DNA of 64,000 nucleotides from Escherichia coli (GTDB lineage Bacteria; Pseudomonadota; Gammaproteobacteria; Enterobacterales; Enterobacteriaceae): NCBI RefSeq assembly GCF_036507355.1, contig NZ_AP027877.1; one strand, 5' to 3'. Shown piece by piece: positions 55,813 to 64,000 of this stretch (position 1 is its first letter; each line of letters starts with the position of its first letter). The notes under the pieces were generated by a model. It saw only the letters and a program-made list of their open reading frames with translations, ran no database searches and was not told where the DNA came from. The position numbers and the translations under genes were made by a program.

Positions 55813-56790
55813 TCACTCTAATGCTTTTTGAGCAGCAAGTTCAAGTTCACTTTTTCCATGAAGTGCCAAAGACATATGGCATTCCGCTAGAAGGCAATAA
55901 CATTCTGTTTTTAGCGTCTGTATATCACTTTTATTTTGTAATCCATCAAATATAGTCATGGCCCTGTAAATGCTTTCAGGGGTGAACTCGTAAAGTTCTT
56001 TCTTTCCGGCTAACATTTCATCTGATAAATAATGATTCTTATATCCTTGGTCCTGCTTAGCTAATCTTACAGATCGTTCTGGTTTATGTACCGTTTGAAG
56101 GATATTATCTATAATAAATTGTGATGTATTATGTAGTTCATCAACAGGGAGATGATTACTGGCGATGAGGAAAAGGTTTTTAGCGTCGATCAACTCAATG
56201 TATAAAGTGTTCACTGCATTATTCTGGTTTATTCTTCCTGTAACGAAATAATCTGGCTTGAATCTGCTCAAGAATGAATTTTGAGATATGTGGTCATTAC
56301 AAAAATTTGTCGCAGCCATCGGATAGGTATAGAGACCATCGATTTTTTTATTTGAAATGATTTGTACTAATTCCTGATTAAGTATTAATGGATCCAGTGT
56401 ATTCAATGAAGTGGTGAAAGGGAATATAGCTATGGAATAGTCTGAAGTATTATCTTCATTAATTTTAGTTTTGAAAACCTGCCCGCTGAAACGATAACCT
56501 TTCCGGTAGATTGTTTCTATGCAGCGATCATAGCCAATTTTTTCAAAAATGCAGCGCAAAGAATAGATACATCTTGTCAGGGACTCGTCACTAACAATAA
56601 TATTTTTCCATACTGATTCGATGATCATATCTTTCAGTACAACATGACCAGCGGATTCAAGTAATACTATTAATACACCTAACTCTTTCGGTGGAATATA
56701 AACTTGCTCATTTCCTTGAGTAAGAATTCCATCTTCCGTGAGCGTTAATCCCTCAAGAAAATGATATGAGAATTTATTTTCTAAGTCCAT
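55813..56790 (-). pseudogene. ygeH: ETT2 HilA-like regulator YgeH, C-terminally truncated by the IS3-family element
   Basis: 325-aa ORF with OmpR/ToxR-type winged helix ([31 protein letters not shown]...YRKGYRF); stop codon is the IS terminal TGA; full-length about 458 aa as I recall. Confidence 0.6.
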
Positions 56791-57123
56791 TAGTTAACCT
56801 CTATGAAAAAATTGGTTTCTTGCATCCTGCATAAGCAATAGAAATTATGGCTATTCATATTTATATGTCATTAACGCTACAGGAGTTTACATTCGACATA
56901 TCTATGGTTGTGTTCACTAATTTATCTTAGGAATTCAGTGATGTAATCTGAAATAGCCTTATTCAATTTTGATAAAGTAAAATGCTCTCTAAAGCATTGA
57001 AAAATAATGATTTATTGTATGCTCTTAACTGTTTTAAGATGCTGATTTAAGAAAAGATAAGAGGTGCTGGTTATAGTGGTTAATGCACTATAACCAGCAA
57101 TTTTAACCAAATGATTGTAATGC

Positions 57124-57615
57124 TTAGTTATTATCTTCTGAATTATCGGTTAAGAGTTCGACATATGCCTGCGCTTTACTCTTAACACTATCATCCTCAC
57201 AATTGTTAATAATATGAAAGAAACATTGCATTGCGTTATCGATATTTTTAGCCCCAATTTGACATTGACCCATACGATAAATAACTGAATAGTCATCATA
57301 TGGCGAGTAATTATAACTTAGCTTGTAAAGGTCATATGCTTGTTGATATTTCTTTTTTGACTGACATACTGATGCAAAACCTTTTAGATATTCATGATTT
57401 TCGAACGCATAAATGCACAATAATTTATAATAAATTTCTGCCTCCGTTATATTACCCTTTTCATGGTAGTCGAATGCATATGCATATATTCTATCAAGGA
57501 TATCAGGAGTCAAACCATGTAGTAATGCCAGATTTTCTCCTTTCGATAATGCGTGTTTTAGTTGATTTGCCCATTCATCACTATTATTGAATATTTCAAT
57601 TGTTTCTGTGTCCAT
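57124..57615 (-). CDS. ygeG: ETT2 TPR-repeat type III secretion chaperone-like protein YgeG
   Basis: 163-aa ORF MDTETIEIFNNSDEWANQLKHALSKGENLALLHGL; position between ygeH and ygeF. Confidence 0.7.
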   Translation of the reverse strand: MDTETIEIFNNSDEWANQLKHALSKGENLALLHGLTPDILDRIYAYAFDYHEKGNITEAEIYYKLLCIYAFENHEYLKGFASVCQSKKKYQQAYDLYKLSYNYSPYDDYSVIYRMGQCQIGAKNIDNAMQCFFHIINNCEDDSVKSKAQAYVELLTDNSEDNN

Positions 57616-57861
57616 AATATTCCTCTGTGATGTGTCTCGTGATGCTAAATTATTATTGATTGACTCATTAATATTTCTACATTTATCTTTTTTAAATTAT
57701 GAGTTTTAAGCTTGCATTGCTTATGAGTATATTTCTTCATTATTAGTAAAATTACTGTCCACTACAAACTAATTACATTATTAGTTATTTTGATAATATT
57801 CACCTTATTAGTAATCTTAATTACGACATTCCATAAATGCCTTAATGTGCATGACCATGAT

Positions 57862-58266
57862 TCATATTATCAATTTCCATTTTTCGATCAAAATTAAAAA
57901 GGGGATTTTTGCGAAGGGGCGAATGTCGTTTGTTTTTTTTTCTTTATTATGTCTGGTGATGAGGGGGGATAGAACGTCGGTGCATATAGTAGAGAATTTA
58001 TCCAGGTCTAAATTATTCTCTATTTTGGTCAGTTTTATGAGTTCATTTGTAGCCATACTCATTAAATCATCTGTTATCGGAAATTTATATATGCTCATAG
58101 CAGATAATATTGCTTGCTGAATTATTTCTTCAGAAAAATCCGCTATCTTTATTGACAAATCATGTATTTGATATTTTCCTCCAAGAGATTCTTGTTCAAT
58201 ATAATTTAAACCAGACCTCATAGTAATTTTAACTGGATTAACGAATTTTTCTTCATTTTTCTTCAT
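57862..58266 (-). CDS. ygeF: ETT2-region hypothetical protein (ygeF-like by position)
   Basis: 134-aa ORF in AT-rich DNA; start lies in a short tandem repeat. Confidence 0.4.
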   Translation of the reverse strand: MKKNEEKFVNPVKITMRSGLNYIEQESLGGKYQIHDLSIKIADFSEEIIQQAILSAMSIYKFPITDDLMSMATNELIKLTKIENNLDLDKFSTICTDVLSPLITRHNKEKKTNDIRPFAKIPFLILIEKWKLII

Positions 58267-58771
58267 TTTTCTTATTTTTGTTCTCCTGATCAGGAACTAA
58301 TGGTTGCAGTGGTAGGCTATTATTAATATTTCGTGGCTTCATTTTACATTTCTCTCATTTGATTAGAGCAAAATCCGAACTCGCAGCTTCTGATAATGTC
58401 AAATATCACCTTTTCTCATACTTTATTCTATCAAAAATCGCTCATTTTTACTTTTTTTACCATAATGTTACTTTGTAGCATCGGCAATTTACATAACTTA
58501 CACGTTGTTTTTTATATCCTGAAAAAACAGATAGATAGTGTGCGCACTCGAAATGATATTGGTAACATAAATAGCTTTATTCGTGATAAACATCTCAAAA
58601 GATTTCCTTTATTATATTCGAAATTCATTTGATCAAGGTTATCACCTTATGGAGACGTTACGTAGAATGACTATATTTGTTATCGGCACATTAGGGGTAT
58701 TAATTTTAGTATTGATGGAAGGTGATTATTGAACAGTAACATCGAGTCACGGTAAAAATGTGAGGTATATA

Positions 58772-59197
58772 ATGGATATTGAGTTTTCGCAGATTCATGA
58801 AATGGTCTATATGCATGATATTGTAAATTCGGACTCGAAAAAGAAACCAAGGATTCCGTTAAAAAAATTCCTTAATGCTGAGAAGGTTCTCACGCAAACA
58901 ACATCATGGGCATTAAATTCAAGATATGTGAATGTTAATTCTGTTAATAATGCCAACGTAAAGAGTAAAGTTAAAAACAGTTATATCTCACGATCTGTCA
59001 ATGATGAGTTTAGTTTAACAGATGATGAAATCAATTCTTTTAAAGAAACGTTAGTCCTTTCCTCTATTGATTCACTGAGTAAACTGGTTCTTAATAATCC
59101 TCTTTCTGTATTGTTTACTTCGACTGTACGAAGGAATAATAATCGAGCTAAGATGAATGTAGAGTTCGACTCATGGATTTGCACCAGATGTTGTTGA
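58772..59197 (+). CDS. yqeK: ETT2-region hypothetical protein (yqeK-like by position)
   Basis: ORF 58760-59197; start at MDIEFSQ gives 141 aa; AT-rich. Confidence 0.45.
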   Translation: MDIEFSQIHEMVYMHDIVNSDSKKKPRIPLKKFLNAEKVLTQTTSWALNSRYVNVNSVNNANVKSKVKNSYISRSVNDEFSLTDDEINSFKETLVLSSIDSLSKLVLNNPLSVLFTSTVRRNNNRAKMNVEFDSWICTRCC

Positions 59198-59345
59198 TAC
59201 ATGATATTTTACATTGCAAGGGGATGTCTGAAATGAAAGATGTTGATCAAAACTTTGATGCTTTAGACTGCCATATACTGCAAGCATATTTAATTTTATT
59301 GTTTTATGATTAACGAGGTTCCATCTTTTTGTTATCTATTTTAGT

Positions 59346-59840
59346 TTACCTTGCACAATGCATTATTGCTCTGTTACCAATACTCAAAATAAAAGCATGC
59401 TTACCTTGCTTTAGTATATTATAGCTTACACTTTTTTCTGGAAAGACATAAAAATCAGGAATAAGTTCTGCAAGTCTATCATCATCGACTTGATCCATAA
59501 TCTCAAACTTATTAACTTTCTTTGATGTTAAATGGGCTGTGTCATAGTTTTCAACCCATGTGTATTCAATATTTCGCCGTATTGATTTACTTTCTCTGTT
59601 ACCTTGTTGCCAGGTTCCACTCAACGCAACAGTTCCTGTTTTATTTTTTTGGTTATACATAAAGTCGATAGTAAGATTTGCTCGCCCCTGGTCATTAAAA
59701 ATTACCCAATTTGCAGTGCATGTCTCATTATATATCATTTTTTCTGCAGTGTAAGAATAGACAGTGAAGAGAATAAACCCACTGATAAAAACTAAAATAA
59801 ATAATAAGTTTTTTTTATAATCAATCACGATTAACCTCAC
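59346..59840 (-). CDS. yqeJ: ETT2-region hypothetical membrane-anchored protein (yqeJ-like by position)
   Basis: 164-aa ORF with N-terminal hydrophobic segment. Confidence 0.5.
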   Translation of the reverse strand: MRLIVIDYKKNLLFILVFISGFILFTVYSYTAEKMIYNETCTANWVIFNDQGRANLTIDFMYNQKNKTGTVALSGTWQQGNRESKSIRRNIEYTWVENYDTAHLTSKKVNKFEIMDQVDDDRLAELIPDFYVFPEKSVSYNILKQGKHAFILSIGNRAIMHCAR

Positions 59841-60630
59841 GGTAAGACAGGGTTAAACAGCCTGCCACTTCATGTTGGTTATAGTTTTTATTGCATGCCA
59901 TAACAATCATCCCCGGTGAGGATTTTGCAAGAGGGAAGTATAACCACGGATATTTTTTACAGTTAATCCCCGAATCCAATATCCGTGTTTTATATTTATC
60001 GAACTCTTTCAACCCATCAATTGTATCTTCTGTTACATTAAAATGGCAGCCATTAATTTCCGCAACAATCTTGTAATCCTTGAAAAATGGCTTCGGTTGA
60101 TTATTATTCCATAGCCAATATGCAAAATATGCGCCTATGACAAATGCGCTCAACATAATTAGATGACTTTTTATATGTTTGAGGATTTTGTTATTGAAAT
60201 TCTTTGCGCCACCAATGCTCTCTTTGTATCCCGCATTAACTTTTATGGCCGGTGGGGTATTGTGTGTATGTGCGTCTGTTGACGAGTTTATTACATGATT
60301 TTGTATGTTAATGTCATTATGGATCTTGAATCCTCTTCTCGGCACGGTTGCAATAAGTGAGTGGGTAGTATCACCAACAGCGCGAAATCCGCGTCTGATA
60401 ATGGATATGTTCTGATATAACGTGTTAGTTGGCACACGCATACCTTCTTCTTCCCAGACTCTGGTGAAAAAATCTTGTTGTGCAACCACATCAGGAAAAG
60501 CTTCAAGTAGAAGGGATAAACAACGACTGGCTGGCGTTGTCAGAACGACGTTAAGATCGGCGTTATGTACCGATATTAATTTTCGGTGCTCAGGCCAGAA
60601 CTCGATATTATCGTTAATAATCCAGTACAT
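59821..60630 (-). CDS. yqeI: ToxR-like membrane-anchored transcriptional regulator YqeI
   Basis: 269 aa; N-terminal wHTH, central TM segment LIMLSAFVIGAYFAYWLW. Confidence 0.7.
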   Translation of the reverse strand: MYWIINDNIEFWPEHRKLISVHNADLNVVLTTPASRCLSLLLEAFPDVVAQQDFFTRVWEEEGMRVPTNTLYQNISIIRRGFRAVGDTTHSLIATVPRRGFKIHNDINIQNHVINSSTDAHTHNTPPAIKVNAGYKESIGGAKNFNNKILKHIKSHLIMLSAFVIGAYFAYWLWNNNQPKPFFKDYKIVAEINGCHFNVTEDTIDGLKEFDKYKTRILDSGINCKKYPWLYFPLAKSSPGMIVMACNKNYNQHEVAGCLTLSYREVNRD

Positions 60631-60963
60631 ACGTCAATAAACACTAAATCAATCGAAATGGAAATCACATAGTTTGCTAAGTATATTGGTATTTACGGCA
60701 TAAATATATATTAATTTTATATTTATCATGATGATTGAAATGAGGCTTTAATGGCGCAACGTAAAACTTTATATAAATTAACATGGTTAACATTTATGCC
60801 ACTATTGTTGATAAATTCATATTTCGTAATGCTTCTGAATTTTTCGTGTGATGGTTTTAAATACTATGTTGTTTACTCTTGGGGTTACTGCTTATTTATA
60901 AAATACGGGCATTCCAATAGATGCCCGTATAAGCAGAGTATGATTCTGGCAGATCGTTGAGTA

Positions 60964-61596
60964 TTAATGTTGGACCGAATGTGAACGAATAAATAACTCG
61001 TTTATTTTACCACCCATTCTCTTTTCGATTCGTTGCTTGTACGCGTAGATGCTACGGATATCCATATCCAGAACTTCAGTAATCTGATATGGGTTATAAC
61101 CAGAAACCATATACCCCATTATGGTGAATTCCATCTGAGTTAATGTGTTACCTCTGGTAAATGATAAATAACGACCAATAAATAGTTGTCTGATCTTTTC
61201 ATTGGCAACATCAAGACCATCATCATTATATATGACAGCAGATATTGCAGAGTTGTGCTTTCGCCAGTAGTTAGCTAACGATTGCATATTGCGGTCGCTG
61301 ACTAAAACAATCCCCATGTCAGTACTTGCAAGATAGTCAATCCAGTCTTTTTCAAGGAATAGACGTAAAAAACTTACTGAAAAATCGACAAAAATATATC
61401 CGCTTAATCTCGCATTGTGGTTTTTTGTTAAGATACCTTCCACCACACCACGATTAAAATATGAACTTTCTTCGGGCCACATACAAAAACACGAGTTTGC
61501 GCAATACTGAAAACGCGGTGACTCTTCTGGCATTATTTGGCAATGCATTGAGCAACTATTGCATGTAAGACTTTTATAACGACTACAAAGCCCCAT
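60964..61596 (-). CDS. yqeH: LuxR-type HTH regulator YqeH
   Basis: ORF 60964-61656; start at MGLCSRYKSL gives 210 aa with GGGAGG SD; C-terminal LuxR HTH. Confidence 0.65.
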   Translation of the reverse strand: MGLCSRYKSLTCNSCSMHCQIMPEESPRFQYCANSCFCMWPEESSYFNRGVVEGILTKNHNARLSGYIFVDFSVSFLRLFLEKDWIDYLASTDMGIVLVSDRNMQSLANYWRKHNSAISAVIYNDDGLDVANEKIRQLFIGRYLSFTRGNTLTQMEFTIMGYMVSGYNPYQITEVLDMDIRSIYAYKQRIEKRMGGKINELFIRSHSVQH

Positions 61597-62055
61597 GTTA
61601 AGAACCTCCCTATCCGTATATAATTGCATAATTTCATTGGTTATTGATGATGTCAATACACCATGATTTTGTAATGTTGCTGGGAAAAATTGCGATTAAT
61701 CTGTATTTGCTATAATTCTGATTAAGACATTTAAAAATGCATTTCTCGTTATTAAATATGATTATGTTTCACTGATTTAATCTTGCATGGTTGAGAGTGG
61801 TCCAGATAACTATCTCATGGTATGAGAATATCTATATCGCAAATTGTTTTTGAATGACCAGAAGATATCTTGCGAATCTAAGTTATGCATCTTAAATAGT
61901 CTTATTTAAGATGTTCAGATCTCTTTGTGTGTTTAACTAACTGATAATTCTAGGATATGATGAGAGAAGTGATAGGGCGGAATAATAACAAATGAACATT
62001 ATGAAAAATGGAATGGTTCAAAATTGTAGTAATTTTGAACCATTCACAATGGATA

Positions 62056-63285
62056 TTAGCTAAAGAACATTACCGATACGCACAGAATACCCACGATCAG
62101 CGTAATCAGATTTCCGATGGAACGCCAGGGTTTAAGCGCCGGGATGAGATACGTTGACAGCGTAGGCATGATGAAAAGTATCATGGCAATGAGTGGGCCG
62201 CTGATCGCATAAATCATCGAAATCGCGTTCGGGTTAATGCAACAAACAATGAAGGTGATCAGCGATACCAACATAATTGATAGTGCGCGGTTAAATGCAC
62301 GACTTTTCTTTACACCAACCTGCTGTAATGTTGTTTTGACGACCTCTGTGGCACCTTCAATAACGCCAAAGTACGTACCCAGGAATGATTTCGACATGGC
62401 AACTACTGCGACAATAATCCCGGAAATTGACAACCATGCTGGGGCGTTCGGCAGCATAGAAAGCGCCGATAAAATGGTGACCCCTTCTTCTTTAGCCGCT
62501 TCAATATACGAAGGTGGAATAGAAAGCAGGCAGCTAAAGACAAAGAACAGTACACTTATGCAGATGATGAGATAAGCGACTTTCATAATTTTTTTGCATT
62601 TATCCATAGCGTGTTCGCCATATTTTTCACGTCTGTCTATGGCAAACGTAGAAATAATGGGCGTATGGCTAAAGGCGAAAACCATCACGGGAATCGATAT
62701 CCATATCTGGTGAAGGGTATTCTGATTGAACTCTACCTGGGTTGTTAATAGATCAGGTTGCCAACTACCGACAAGGTAAATGGAAAGAAATAAGAAATAG
62801 GCAATCAATGGGAATACCAAAAATCCCATTACCCGAATAGTGGCATGACGTCCCATCAGAAAAATGAGATTCAGAATTAATACAACACCCAGACTCACCA
62901 ACATACGGATGCGAAGATCAATAACCATATGCTTTGCCAGCTGTTCCGTAAGTGAGTTGGTAATTGCCACTGCATATATCAACACGACGACAAAAAAGGC
63001 GATGAAGTACAGCGTGGTAATCAGATTACCTATCTTCTTGCCATAGTAGTGTGTTACTGCGCCCGTTATCCCTTCACCTGCTGATGTTTTCGATGAGAGG
63101 ATGAACTGACATAAGGCTTTATGTGGCCAGTATGTTAAAGGCCAGGCGACCAGAGCAGTAATAAACAGGACCACAGCCCCTGCCGAACCTAACTGAATAG
63201 GAAGGAAGAGCGTGCCTGCACCAACGGCTGTGCCGTAGAGCGCGAAACTCCACAGAGTTTCTTCTTTTGACCAAATATTAGACAT
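62056..63285 (-). CDS. yqeG: Putative serine/amino-acid transporter YqeG
   Basis: 409-aa polytopic membrane protein MSNIWSKEETLWSFALYGTAVGAGTLFLPIQLGSAG. Confidence 0.85.
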   Translation of the reverse strand: MSNIWSKEETLWSFALYGTAVGAGTLFLPIQLGSAGAVVLFITALVAWPLTYWPHKALCQFILSSKTSAGEGITGAVTHYYGKKIGNLITTLYFIAFFVVVLIYAVAITNSLTEQLAKHMVIDLRIRMLVSLGVVLILNLIFLMGRHATIRVMGFLVFPLIAYFLFLSIYLVGSWQPDLLTTQVEFNQNTLHQIWISIPVMVFAFSHTPIISTFAIDRREKYGEHAMDKCKKIMKVAYLIICISVLFFVFSCLLSIPPSYIEAAKEEGVTILSALSMLPNAPAWLSISGIIVAVVAMSKSFLGTYFGVIEGATEVVKTTLQQVGVKKSRAFNRALSIMLVSLITFIVCCINPNAISMIYAISGPLIAMILFIMPTLSTYLIPALKPWRSIGNLITLIVGILCVSVMFFS

Positions 63286-63539
63286 TATCTGAACGTATCA
63301 TCTACAAATTAAACAAAATAGAGGGCAATTTACCATAAACCAGGTTAAGTATGGGAGATTAACGCCCTATCTACCCCTCTATTGGTGGGTTAGTGGTTGC
63401 AAACCTTACGTGCCAGTTATGTCTCTGACTGCTGGTCAGGCGTATTTCCTTTGTGATAAAAATCACTTTTTTTAAACAATTAAGATAACTGTAATTAACA
63501 ATCATTTACTATTGCACTGTTAATTGGTGCGAGGTTGTG

Positions 63540-64000
63540 ATGAAAGACGTTGTGATTGTCGGGGCGTTACGGACACCTATCGGCTGCTTTCGTGGTGCGT
63601 TAGCGGGTCATTCCGCCATGGAACTTGGTAGTCTGGTCGTGAAAGCGTTAATAGAACGTACCGGCGTGCCTGCATATGCGGTGGATGAAGTGATTCTTGG
63701 CCAGGTGTTGACTGCAGGGGCAGGGCAGAATCCGGCAAGGCAATCGGCTATTAAAGGTGGCCTTCCTAATAGCGTTTCTGCAATCACGATTAATGACGTT
63801 TGCGGTTCCGGGCTTAAAGCACTGCATCTGGCTACTCAGGCGATACAGTGTGGCGAGGCTGATATTGTCATCGCCGGTGGCCAGGAAAACATGAGCCGCG
63901 CACCACATGTTCTGACTGATAGCCGCACCGGTGCACAGCTTGGCAATAGCCAGTTGGTTGACAGTCTTGTGCATGATGGGTTGTGGGATGCCTTCAATGA
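63540..64000 (+). CDS. yqeF: Acetyl-CoA acetyltransferase (thiolase) YqeF, 5' part only
   Basis: ATG 63540 gives MKDVVIVGALRTPIGCFRGALAGHSA...; runs off window end. Confidence 0.85.
   Translation, partial: MKDVVIVGALRTPIGCFRGALAGHSAMELGSLVVKALIERTGVPAYAVDEVILGQVLTAGAGQNPARQSAIKGGLPNSVSAITINDVCGSGLKALHLATQAIQCGEADIVIAGGQENMSRAPHVLTDSRTGAQLGNSQLVDSLVHDGLWDAFN

Larger units (their letters stand above)
54587..55815 (-). mobile_element. IS3-family insertion sequence (about 1.23 kb)
   Basis: Terminal inverted repeats TGAATCGCCACGG at 54587-54599 and reverse-complemented at 55803-55815; orfA/orfB pair inside; flanking 3-mers differ. Confidence 0.85.

Overview
64 kb of an Escherichia/Shigella-type chromosome, in reverse-complement orientation relative to the E. 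coli K-12 map (about 64-66 min). All calls come from reading the sequence and the ORF translations against remembered protein families and K-12 gene order; no database search or computation was possible. Positions 1-36.5 kb are conserved core: mscS 3' end, argO, yggE, ygfI, scpC-scpB-argK-scpA, argP, rpiA, serA, the ibsC/sibC type I toxin-antitoxin, ygfA, 6S RNA (ssrS), zapA, ygfB, pepP, ubiH, ubiI, gcvTHP, bglA, yqfB, yqfA, ygfZ, sdhE/ygfX, fldB, xerD, dsbC, recJ, prfB (programmed +1 frameshift) and lysS. From 36.5 kb the window is accessory: IS1, ygeR, tRNA-Gly (glyU), then two tandem integrase-bearing islands at the glyU 3' end. Island 1 (about 4.2 kb) is the most interesting candidate for an undescribed system: a large tyrosine recombinase, an exact 23/23 phage T7 RNA polymerase promoter, iteron-like repeats and a KilA-N-like gene. 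Island 2 carries a P4-type integrase, a HEPN-motif protein, a candidate SMC-like ATPase plus nuclease-like defence operon (Lamassu-like architecture), arsRDABC with an arsN-like gene and a truncated arsH, and ends at an IS3-family element that truncates ygeH. The rest is the left part of the ETT2 locus (ygeH', ygeG, ygeF, yqeK, yqeJ, yqeI, yqeH), yqeG and the start of yqeF. Compared with K-12, the T3SS core of ETT2, the xdh-to-idi block and ygfF appear absent, and two genes are inserted between mscS and argO.
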